From an uncultured virus (IMG/VR IMGVR_UViG_3300021375_000026) (taxonomy: Duplodnaviria > Heunggongvirae > Uroviricota > Caudoviricetes), in IMG/VR virus record IMGVR_UViG_3300021375_000026: DNA of 64,000 nucleotides; one strand, written 5' to 3'. Shown piece by piece: positions 20,018 through 30,200 of the stretch; position 1 is the first letter of the stretch; every line of letters begins with the position of its first letter. The position numbers and the translations under genes are program-made. The notes under the pieces are model-generated. The model was not told the origin of the DNA and searched no databases. It worked only from the letters and a program-made list of their open reading frames with translations.

Positions 20018-20683
20018 CTAACCACCTCTTGCATTCTTTAAGTGATTAACTAATCTTTTTGTTCCACCTAAAGGGTGCGAATCTATCTTAAATCCATCTG
20101 TTCCTTCGGCTGTTAATTCAGTTAAGTTTGCCCCCCTACTTCCTATAACACCCGTAGGTTCTTCTTCAAATGATTGACCGTCTGCATAAGAACCTGCGTT
20201 AAATGAAATAAATTGGTTTGAGCCTTTACTTTTCTTTCTCCCATAAAACAAAGAATTACCTACCTTATCATACAAGTCTCCACTCGTTCTTTGACTAGGG
20301 CTGTGTTCTCCCTTGAATGCCCTACGCATATTTACAATTTCATTAGTAGTTTTAAAAGTAGCCTCGGCCAATGCAATTTCCATAGCCTCGACCATTTTTA
20401 TTTTTATTTCTTTACTAATGTTTTTTGTTAATTTATTATACCCGCTTTTGTCTAAATAAGCCTCAAAGTTTAAAGGACTATTTTTATTGTTTTTAACCCT
20501 TAATGAATTAGTTGGTGTTTGTATATTAGATTTTCCAATATATGCTTTCATATCTTTTACTTCTCTATTTAATACAGCCTGTTGTTGGTCTAACTCATTT
20601 ACAATATTTGCCCTAAACTTACCTACGGCATCTATTCTAGGAAATCCCGCATGAATATAAGGTACTTTTGTAAATCCTTTCAT
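20018..20683 (-). CDS. Putative neck/tail completion protein (HK97 gp10-like position)
   Basis: Basic protein with RTSGDLY motif; position in the neck cluster. Confidence 0.45.
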   Translation of the reverse strand: MKGFTKVPYIHAGFPRIDAVGKFRANIVNELDQQQAVLNREVKDMKAYIGKSNIQTPTNSLRVKNNKNSPLNFEAYLDKSGYNKLTKNISKEIKIKMVEAMEIALAEATFKTTNEIVNMRRAFKGEHSPSQRTSGDLYDKVGNSLFYGRKKSKGSNQFISFNAGSYADGQSFEEEPTGVIGSRGANLTELTAEGTDGFKIDSHPLGGTKRLVNHLKNARGG

Positions 20684-20691
20684 ACCCTCAC

Positions 20692-21225
20692 CTAATCAAC
20701 ACTACCCAAATGGGCTAGCCTAGTTAGGTTAAATGTACCTCTTTCTCTCAACACACCACCACGCATAGAGTTTTCTTGAAATGTACCTTCATCTTCCATG
20801 TAATAAGCGGCTGCTATATCCGCACATATTTCTCTAAGAACGTGAGCAAACTCGCCCGATTGAATAGTAACTCCTGTGGCATGGTCTGCACTAATACCAC
20901 TAACACCTGTTAGTATGTTAGAGTTACTAGCATCTTTACCTGTCCAAACAAAGGAATCTCCATCTATATTACCATTACCCGTTGTAGTAAAGGAAGCGGC
21001 GCTTGTTAGGGTCATAGTAGTAGCACCTGCACTTACCGCCCCATTAGCAGTAGTTTCTGCTATTGATTTACTAGGTACGTTTCTACCGTAATCTCTAAAC
21101 ACTTGGTCTATATCTATGGTAGCCCTGCGTATAGCAAGAGTAAGTTTAGATGCTGCTTGTGTACGCTGTGCGCTGTTTAGACCTAAACGCATACCAACGT
21201 CGCTAGAACTGCAATAATAAACCAT
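20692..21225 (-). CDS. Head-tail connector-like protein with inserted beta domain
   Basis: YCSSSDV...IRRATIDIDQ...LREICADIAAAYY fits a gp6/gp36-like helical connector; Thr/Gly-rich insertion. Confidence 0.6.
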   Translation of the reverse strand: MVYYCSSSDVGMRLGLNSAQRTQAASKLTLAIRRATIDIDQVFRDYGRNVPSKSIAETTANGAVSAGATTMTLTSAASFTTTGNGNIDGDSFVWTGKDASNSNILTGVSGISADHATGVTIQSGEFAHVLREICADIAAAYYMEDEGTFQENSMRGGVLRERGTFNLTRLAHLGSVD

Positions 21226-21367
21226 ACCCTAAACCACCTGTCAAAATTAATATAATACTAAAAAGCATACGCTTCTGTGTTTTATGACAGGAGTTAAGTG
21301 TCTTTTCAAGGTTTGTAAGTCTGTCGGTAACATCTCTACACCAAATATGCCACTCTTCTTGGTTCAT
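21203..21367 (-). CDS. 54-aa coiled-coil plus C-terminal TM protein (not in ORF track)
   Basis: MNQEEWHIWCRDVTDRLTNLEKTL...MLFSIILILTGGLGYGLLLQF*. Confidence 0.6.
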   Translation of the reverse strand: MNQEEWHIWCRDVTDRLTNLEKTLNSCHKTQKRMLFSIILILTGGLGYGLLLQF

Positions 21368-21371
21368 AATA

Positions 21372-21617
21372 TCACATCTGTGTCGAAATACCCATAGCCC
21401 CTGCTACAATTGCTATTAGGGTAAAAATAATTTTTTGCATATTACCCATGTATGTGCCTATAAGACCATTAGTTATCTCTAACTCAGTAGCCACTTTAGC
21501 AAGACCTGTCTGCATACTTACTTGAGATTGAACCAATTGTTCAATTAACCTTTCGTGTCTTTTTACAGACTCTTCTAAATTGTCTAATCTTATTGAGACA
21601 ACATCAGCATCGGCCAC
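21372..21617 (-). CDS. Coiled-coil plus C-terminal TM protein (XhlA-like architecture)
   Basis: RLDNLEESVKRHERLIEQL... followed by a hydrophobic tail. Confidence 0.6.
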   Translation of the reverse strand: MADADVVSIRLDNLEESVKRHERLIEQLVQSQVSMQTGLAKVATELEITNGLIGTYMGNMQKIIFTLIAIVAGAMGISTQM

Positions 21618-22006
21618 TAAGCCTCACCCATGTGTGCTTCTAATCGAGCCACAAGGTCTGCTTTTTTGCCTTTAACTGAAAGACCTGCTTCTTTTAGCAT
21701 TTCTTTTAATTCAGCAACATTGTGAGAATCAAGAGTTTTTTCTATTTTCTCAATCTCTTCTTTTGCTTCTTCGGCTTTCTCTTTTACCTCGTCAATGGAA
21801 TCTATAATCTCATCGAGAGTTATTTTTCCGTCTGCATTTAACACTTGGTATTTTTTGTAAGCCCATGCTGCTATACCTAATAATGCAGCACCCGCAAGAA
21901 GTATAACTTCTATGTCATCAAACAAAGAAGAGGAATCTAGCGGTATGCAATCTATTGTTTCATTTAGTGCATTAATGCACGTTTCTGCTGTTGTATTATT
22001 ACTCAT
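21617..22006 (-). CDS. Membrane protein with EF-hand-like loop and C-terminal SAP domain
   Basis: TM segment, NADGKITLDEI, then LDSHNVAELKEMLKEAGLSVKGKKADLVARL (SAP consensus). Confidence 0.75.
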   Translation of the reverse strand: MSNNTTAETCINALNETIDCIPLDSSSLFDDIEVILLAGAALLGIAAWAYKKYQVLNADGKITLDEIIDSIDEVKEKAEEAKEEIEKIEKTLDSHNVAELKEMLKEAGLSVKGKKADLVARLEAHMGEA

Positions 22007-22007
22007 T

Positions 22008-22196
22008 TTATTCGCCTCTATCGTATATTATTTGTTTGACTGCGGAAGTAGGTATTACTGTAAAGTGTCTAGTTGCGCCCTCTCGATATAACTTGAAGCC
22101 AAAGGGTGTCTCTTCAATGTTTATGTTAGTATATGCTTTATCGGGAGGAATGTAAACAATTTTTCCTAGTCTTTTGACTCTTTCGCCGTCAACCAT
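22008..22196 (-). CDS. Small hypothetical protein
   Basis: 62 aa; has its own late-type promoter. Confidence 0.6.
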   Translation of the reverse strand: MVDGERVKRLGKIVYIPPDKAYTNINIEETPFGFKLYREGATRHFTVIPTSAVKQIIYDRGE

Positions 22197-22231
22197 GATT
22201 ACACATTATACGTGTCTCTTATAAGAAGTTA

Positions 22232-22576
22232 CTAATCTAGTATTCCGCTTTCTAACAACGCATCAATTATTTCTTTATAGTATTCGTAATCAGTAAGAGT
22301 ACATATTTGTTCTATATGCGTATCGCCTATACTATAATTAGAGTAGGCTTCGGGAGAAACATATACGTTATAAGTTTTTATTTCATTTGAAACTTGGTCG
22401 TTAACTGTTACTATTATAGTTACGGGCGCTTCTTTTTCTATTATTTCGCCACTTACTTCTCTACAAGTTATAGTACCGTCTCTTTCAAAATCTTGTATTG
22501 AAGGTGTGCCTGTCGTTGCTAAAATTAATGCTAAGATTACTATTCCTACTAATACGCCTTCTCCACCATCACGCAT
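22232..22576 (-). CDS. N-terminally anchored membrane protein
   Basis: Hydrophobic N-terminus; own promoter. Confidence 0.65.
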   Translation of the reverse strand: MRDGGEGVLVGIVILALILATTGTPSIQDFERDGTITCREVSGEIIEKEAPVTIIVTVNDQVSNEIKTYNVYVSPEAYSNYSIGDTHIEQICTLTDYEYYKEIIDALLESGILD

Positions 22577-22610
22577 GATATTAAGTCAACGTAGTGTCGT
22601 ATAGGTATAT

Positions 22611-23309
22611 CTAAGCGCCAAGTAACTCAACCACATACCAATCAGTACCTCTAGTATATTTACCACCTAAACCAAAGGTGGAATGAATATCATAAACACC
22701 ATTTGTTACATTTTCTAATGTAATATTGACATAATCCCACGCTGAACCTTGTGTTTCATATGTAAGAGAATCTTGTGAAGTAAAGTTACCCGTTGCATTC
22801 TCATAGACAGTCCAATATACAGTAAGATTGAATGCTTCATCTTCACAAGATATATCAGCATCCCATGTAATAGTTAAGTTTGTTTCGTTATAATCTAAAA
22901 TATATGCGTCATACATCATAGCCATACAGTCATCTTCAACAGTTTCATTATTAGTATTATTACTAGGTGGATTTACAATTACAGTAGTATTATTAGTAGG
23001 TTGATTCACATTAGGTTCATCCGGTTCATCCGAACCATCACGACAATTCTTGTAACCATCATTTACTAAAGAAGCCTGTATAATAGAACCATCGCCACAT
23101 TCAAAGTCATCACCCATTTCCCAATCATCATCAGTAACCCATTCGTCATCCCCTTCACCGTATGGTGTAAGGTCGAGAATGCCTACTGCTTCCATGCCGG
23201 GCATTACAAGGGCTATAATAGAGGCTAAAGTAATCATTAAAGAGCGTAATTCTTGCGCTCGCTCATTTACTGTTTCAATAATAGAATCGGCTTCTTCCTG
23301 TGTCAACAC
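22611..23309 (-). CDS. Membrane-anchored protein with LDL-receptor class A repeat and Ig-like C-terminus
   Basis: TM segment, FECGDGSIIQASLVNDGYKNCRDGSDE, Asn/Thr-rich linker with many N-x-S/T sequons. Confidence 0.75.
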   Translation of the reverse strand: MLTQEEADSIIETVNERAQELRSLMITLASIIALVMPGMEAVGILDLTPYGEGDDEWVTDDDWEMGDDFECGDGSIIQASLVNDGYKNCRDGSDEPDEPNVNQPTNNTTVIVNPPSNNTNNETVEDDCMAMMYDAYILDYNETNLTITWDADISCEDEAFNLTVYWTVYENATGNFTSQDSLTYETQGSAWDYVNITLENVTNGVYDIHSTFGLGGKYTRGTDWYVVELLGA

Positions 23310-23353
23310 TTACCCCTCACTCCTAGATGAGTAGTAGTGTCGTATAGATATAT

Positions 23354-23659
23354 CTAAGCGTCAACTGCATCAGTAAAAGGTGTTTGTGTTTTTAGGTTAA
23401 GATAACATTGTTTTAGTAAGTTTTCTTGGTCTGCGCCATCTGTTACATCTAGTGGGAATTGATAATTAAATCCGGTAATTGCTGATTTATCACCTGTGTA
23501 TGCGCTTGCATTCATAAACACTAAACCACCATAGGTTACTGTAAAAGACTTACTACCATCTTCGGCTACTTCTTTTTCCATTCTAAACTCTTTAATTACT
23601 GCGTGTGCTTCTGCACAACTCAATCCAAACGCTGTTTCTATTGATAGGGTTAAAGCCAT
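23354..23659 (-). CDS. Putative tail-fibre-associated/chaperone protein
   Basis: C-terminal NLLKQCYLNLKTQTPFTDAVDA resembles small proteins encoded next to phage fibres. Confidence 0.45.
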   Translation of the reverse strand: MALTLSIETAFGLSCAEAHAVIKEFRMEKEVAEDGSKSFTVTYGGLVFMNASAYTGDKSAITGFNYQFPLDVTDGADQENLLKQCYLNLKTQTPFTDAVDA

Positions 23660-23702
23660 ATTACTTCCACTACATAAGAGTTTAATAAAGATTTACGTTA
23701 AT

Positions 23703-24254
23703 CTAATTAAAATTAAGTTGAATTGTTAATTCGGGTGCGGCTGTTGAGCCGTGAGCATTAGTAGCCGTACAATTTACTTTCATTACTAATACCGTACCAC
23801 TAGGGGGATATGTTACTCCACTTTTACCACCTGCAAACTCCCAATACACCTTTTCACCTGCACCGTCTGTACCTGTTGCATCTTGGCTTGTTGATGCTGT
23901 ACCTATAACTGAATAAGTACCATTTGCATCTGAACCCGAATCAATTGATACATCCCATAAAAATGACGTTGCACCTGTGGCTCTACAATATCCTTTGAAT
24001 ATAAATGTCTCAGTAACAGCAGTATTATTGTACGCACTTGCCATGTGATTTGTTTGGAAAAAATCGGCATAAGCCCTTGAATTGAAACTCGAACCATCAT
24101 CTTCAAAGAAAGTAACTCCTGTTAAACAATCAACCACAACTGCATCATCGTAATTACCACTAGAAGATGTTGCTATACTTACACCTGTGGGCGCTACTGC
24201 GGTTTGACCCGCTTGTGCAACTGTTCCTATAATACCTAAATTATTTGGCGGCAT
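23703..24254 (-). CDS. Virion-associated Ig-like protein
   Basis: Thr/Gly/Ser-rich; VNCTATNAHGST Ig-like terminal strand; follows the fibre gene. Confidence 0.5.
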   Translation of the reverse strand: MPPNNLGIIGTVAQAGQTAVAPTGVSIATSSSGNYDDAVVVDCLTGVTFFEDDGSSFNSRAYADFFQTNHMASAYNNTAVTETFIFKGYCRATGATSFLWDVSIDSGSDANGTYSVIGTASTSQDATGTDGAGEKVYWEFAGGKSGVTYPPSGTVLVMKVNCTATNAHGSTAAPELTIQLNFN

Positions 24255-24258
24255 ATTA

Positions 24259-27200
24259 TTAACCTATACCCCACCAATCAGGACTACCCCCACCTGTATT
24301 AGCGGCGGCTAAACAAACATAAGTCCTTGAGTTTTTATCATCTATATTACCGTGTGTTCCATTTAAGAAATCACCATTAGTATTCAAACTAGGTTTAGCG
24401 GCACTACCCGTATTATTAATTATAGTATATTGTGTGCCTACTGTTGCGTTATAAGGTAAAGTTAATGTTCCACCTGTCCAATAAATAATAGCACCGCTTT
24501 GTTCCACTTGCCCTTCACCTACATTACTTAGTGTTGTATTACTACTTATTGCGACTACATTTACTTTTGAGTTTACTTGTGATAAATCATTACCAAGAAT
24601 CCATGTCCTACCACCAAATGATGTTTGTTTAGCATTACTAATAACAAGTTGATTATCACCTGTATTAGAAGCGGGGTCGTGTCTGCCGATTACTACATTT
24701 CCGCTACCTGTTGTTAAATTATCACCCGATAAATAACCTAATGTTATATTATGTGAGCCTGTGGTTATTGCCCCACCTGCTGTATGACCTAGTAAAGTAT
24801 TCCCATCACCCGAAGTAACTGCATCTCCGGCATAATTACCAATAACTACGTTCATTTCTCCACCTGCAACAGCACCACCTAAAGCATCGTAACCTATTGC
24901 TATGTTATCTGATTCTGTATCAAAACCATCTCCGGCATTTCTTCCAATACCGATGTTTCTATTACCTGTTGTTACATCATTTAATGCACCTGAACCTAAT
25001 GCGACATTGTAAAGACCACTTGTAGCGGCTTGCCCCGCTTGATAACCAACAAATACTGAATCAGAACTTGTTATGTTATAACCCGATGAAGAACCAACCA
25101 TAACATTTCTCCAACCTGTTGCAGAAGCACCTGCTTGGTCGCCTATTGCTGTATTATAACTAGATGTTGTAGCCGTTTGTAGCGAAAAAGCACCTACTGA
25201 TATGTTTCCATCTCCGGTAGTTATTGCTTTACCCGATTCTTCACCTACTGCTACATTCTGATTAGCACCACTTACCCAAGCCACACCTGCGTTAGTACCA
25301 AGACCTAAGTTTCTGCTAGAAAGTGTAATTGCATCTGATAAATCGTTAATTTCAGAAGCACCGCCACCTGCTTCCGCCCATGTTAAGCCACCTGTGTTGC
25401 CGGATTGTGCGGTTAAAACATATCCGTTAGTAGGGTTGTTTGAAACTTGTAATTTTGCTTCATTAATTGCTTGGTCTGCTATGTAAGCCTGTGCAATTGC
25501 AGTTCCTTGCCATGTTCCTGTTCCGATAGTGCCTAGTGTAGTAATACTTGTAGTACCTGCTGCTGCAATTGCAGTTCCGCCAATAGTAATTGCATCTGCT
25601 TCTAATGTACCATCAATATCTGCATCTCCCGATATATCTAAACTAGCAGCATCTACTTCACCTGTTACAGTTATTGAATCTACAAATGTATCTTTGAATC
25701 TTAGACTTGTAGTACCCAAATCAACATCACTATCAACAGGTGGATAAATTGCACCATCTGAGATATGTAATTGAGTTGCTTGGTTAGCGTCAAATCTTAC
25801 TGTGTTATCAGCGTGGAAGTATTTTACTGCCCCTGCGTATTGGTCTGAACCATTAATGAAATAGATAGCATCATTATTCACATTTCCATTACTATCCTTT
25901 TTGAAATTAATACGACCATACAAAGAAGAAATATCTATGTCACCCGTTTCGTCAAGTGTTCCTGTTATTGTTGGGGTTGCTATTGTCGGTGAAGTTAGAG
26001 TTTTGTTAGTGAGGGTTTGAGTACCTGTTAATGTAACATCACCTGTACCATAACTGTAAGACTCAATCTTTTCTTTAATAGCACCGGATGACATCAAGTG
26101 GTCGTCAGTATCAACAAACTCAGTTCCTATGTCAATATCATTGAAAGTATGACCACCTAAAGTAATAGAACCTGTCGTTGAAAAACCTGCCGCAGTAATA
26201 GTGCCTGTTGTAGCATCATTAGCATTATTCTTTAGGAAAGCATCATCGACATTGAAAGTAGTGCCACTCAATGAAATGTTAGTTCCTGCTGAGTAAGTGG
26301 TGTTTGTATTTGTATCAGTAGAAGCAATAGTTATGTTGTTAGCATCAGTATGTGTTAATGTAACATTAGAACCCGCTACAAACATAATATCTTGAGTGCC
26401 TGAACCTGCGCCACTTTCTGTTAATCGTAATCTTATATCGTTAGAAGCATCTACAAAAGAGATAGCATATTCATTTTGAGTATTAGTATCAGTATTAGTA
26501 ATAGCACCTGTTGCCGCACCGAGATAACCCCATTGAGCATTAGAAATTGTTACTGAACCAATGTTTTCTAATTGCTCTCCTTCTGCTGCTGTCAAATTAG
26601 AAAGTTCAGTTACTTGTGATACAGCAATTGTTTTGTTGCTTAAGGTCTGAGAACCCGATAGTGTAGCAACCGTTGAATCAATAGCAACTGTTACTGTATC
26701 AGTATTACCGACTACTGTATCTATTCCTGTTCCACCTGCAATATCTAATGTATTACCATGTGCAATAGTTTGATTAGTGCCGGAATCTCCTGTTAAGGTA
26801 AAAGTAGTTAATTGATTTGTATTAGTGTTAGCCGTCATATCGTCAACAACTAAATCAATTGTCCCATCCCCATCTTCATAGGTAGCCGATATTCTTGTTT
26901 CAGTATTGCTTGTAAACATAGCCCCTACTATATCTTGAACAGCCTCGGTAGTTAATTGTGTATCTGTATTTAAATCATCAACCACCAAATCAATTGTTCC
27001 ATCCCCGTCTTGATAAGTGGCTGTAATTCTAGTCTCCGTGTTAGAACCAAACATAGCACCTACTATGTCCTGTACTTGTTCGGTACTTAGTTGCGTGTCT
27101 GTATTAGTAATAGCACCGGAAGAAGCACCCAAATATCCCCATTGTGTTGCTGTAATTGTAGTAGCACCTATGTTTTGTAATTGGGTTATTTCACCCGATG

Positions 27201-30200
27201 CAAGGTCGTCTGTAAGAGCATAGTTATTTGCACTAGCCGCTATACCATCTAGTTTACTCTTTAAAGTATTAGTAAAGTTATTTTGTGTAAGACCACCATC
27301 ACCGATAGAATATGTTGTGTTTGTATCAGTAGCGTTTACGTTTGTACCACTTATAGCAAGATTGCTGTTTGCTGTCGCAAATACAATAGCCCCTGCGGAA
27401 TCATCCCATATAAGTAATCTATCACCGTTTGGGTCAGACAAAGATTCTATACCTAAATGACTTAGATTTACGGTTGCATCACCACTTGTAGCACCGCCAC
27501 TTAGACCTGTTCCGGCCACAACGGAAGTAATGTCTCCTGCGCCTGTTCCAAAACCTTGTGCGGCTATGTAATCAAAGACAACATCTCCTGTTACTAAACC
27601 TGCGTTGCCGTTAGCAACTGCACCTGTACCCGATAATGTTGCCGCAGTACCTAAACCTAAATTGGTTCGTGCTGTACCTGCATTGGCTAAATCAGATAAG
27701 TTACTTGTCTTTACTAATTTTTCACCTAATGAAGTAGCGGTTGTTGTAGCAAAGTTAGCATCATCTCCCAAAGCGGCGGCTAATTCATCTAGTGTGTTAA
27801 GTAAAGATGGCGCACCTGTTGTTATCGCTGTTATCGCAGAAGCGTTTGTTGCTACTTTTCCATCCACGTAGGCTTTAATAGATTGTTGACTAGCCACTTT
27901 TGTAGCACTATTAGTAGCCATATTATCTTCGTCTAAAAGGTCGGAAGATATTGCGTAATTATTTGCCGAAGATGCTATACCATCTAGTTTTGATTTAAGG
28001 GTATTAGTAAAATTGTTTTGAGTTAATCCACCATCCCCTACTGAATATTCGGTGTTAGTATCGGTCGATGTAATAGTTACTGCACCACCACTTTCAGAAA
28101 TACTTACATTAGTACCTGCTGTAAATGCTAAGGTTTCACTAGAACCTAGTGTATTGCCACCTGCGGTAATTGTTCTAAAGGTGTTATCATTAGCGGTCAT
28201 ATCGTCAACAACAACATTTATCTTTCCGTTTGTGTCATCATAAGTAGCCGCTACCCTTGTTTCAGTATTGCTAGCGAACATACCACCAACTATGTCTTGC
28301 ACTTGTTCTGTGCTTAACTGAGTATTTGTATTTAAGTCATCCACTACTAAATCTATCGTGCCGTCTCCATCTTGATATGTCGCACTAATTCTAGTTTCTG
28401 TATTAGATGAAAACATAGCACCTACTATATCTTGGACTTGTTCTGTTGATAATTGAGTATTAGTATCTGTTGATGCGATAGTTAGAGTACCCGCAGTATC
28501 GTCGTAAGTAAGTGATACGTTACTACCTGCGGTCAATAAACCATCTATGTAATCTTCAACTTGTTCTTGACTTAACTGTGTATTAGTGTTAGTGTCTGCT
28601 GATGTTATAGTTACTGCACCACCGCTTTCTGTTATCGTTACATTAGAGCCTGCTGTGAAGGCTAATGTTTCTGATGCGCCAAGCGTATTACCGCCTGCTG
28701 TAATGGTTCTAAATGTATTGTCATTTGCAGTCATGTCATCAACGACAACATTTATTTTACCGTTAGTATCATCGTATGTTGCTGCTACCCTAGTTTCGGT
28801 GTTAGAAGCAAACATACCACCCACAATATCTTGTACTGCTTCCGTTGTAAGTGGTTGTGTATCTGCTGTCATGTCATCGACTACAAAGTTAATTCTTCCA
28901 TTAGTATCATCATAGGTTACTCCTATCCTAGTCTCCGTACCTACTAACATAGCCCCAACAATGTCTTGTACCTCTTCGGTACTTAATTGAGTGTTAGTAT
29001 CACTAGAAGAAAGTGTTAATGTTCCTGCACCATCATCATAAGTAGCAGTAACATTTGTTCCGCCTACTATAAGACCGTTGACAAAATCTTCAACCTGTTC
29101 TTGAGTTAATTGAGTGTTAGTATCAGCAGACGCAAAAGTAATTGTGTCGCTTCCTGCTGTTGTAGTAATAGTTACGTTAGAACCTGCTGCAAACGTAAGT
29201 GTATCAGTAGCGGCATCTGCAACTACGTTATCTTGCCCCGATACTGCTACGGTACTGAAAGCATTTTGGTTATTCTCACCACCTGCACCTGCGGCTATCC
29301 AAGTAAAACCTGTTGTTGCTTGGTCATAACTAAGTAAATAATTATCAGTAGGAGAATTAGTCGCTTTAAGATTTGCTTCATCTATTACATTGTCTGCTAT
29401 AACAGTAGCACCATCAGCAGAAGATGTTACTTCACCACTATGGTTAGGGTGAACATAATTATTTGCAGAAGTAGCGATATTATCTAACTTTGTTTTTAAG
29501 GTATTAGTAAAGTTATTTTGTGTTAACCCTCCGTCTCCTACGCTGTATTCAGTATTTGTCGAAACAAAGTTTAGTTTACCGTTGGTGTCATCGTAAGTTA
29601 CAGAAATGTTAGTTTCAGTTCCACCATCGACCATAGCACCAATTATATCTTGCACTTGTTCATCAGATAGTTGAGTATTTGTATTAGTATCGGTTGATGC
29701 AATTGTTACTGCACCTGCATTCTCACTAATAGTAACATTAGAACCTGCGGTAAACGCTAAAGTTTCGCTTGCGCCAAGAGTGTTGCCCCCCGCAGTAATG
29801 GTTCTAAAAGTATTTGTATCAGTAGTCATATCATCGACTACAATATCTATTTTTCCATTTGTATCGTCATAAGTTGCCGCTACTCTAGTTTCTGTATTTG
29901 AGGCGAACATAGCGCCTATAATATCTTGTACTTGTTCAGTAGTTAATTGTGTGTTGGTATCGGTTACTGTATTGGTAAAAGTAATTTTATCTCCGCTACG
30001 TGCAATAGATAAACCCGTACCTGCTTCAAGCACTATATCGTCAGTACCACTAGCACTATCAGTTAATCGAATCTTCTCTTCATCAGCATTGTCGCCATCA
30101 ACAGCAGAAATGCTGTAAGTAGTATTGTTATCTGATGATTGGTCGTCAACTACTAAGTCTATTGTTCCATCACCATCTTGATAAGTTGCAGTTATGCGTG

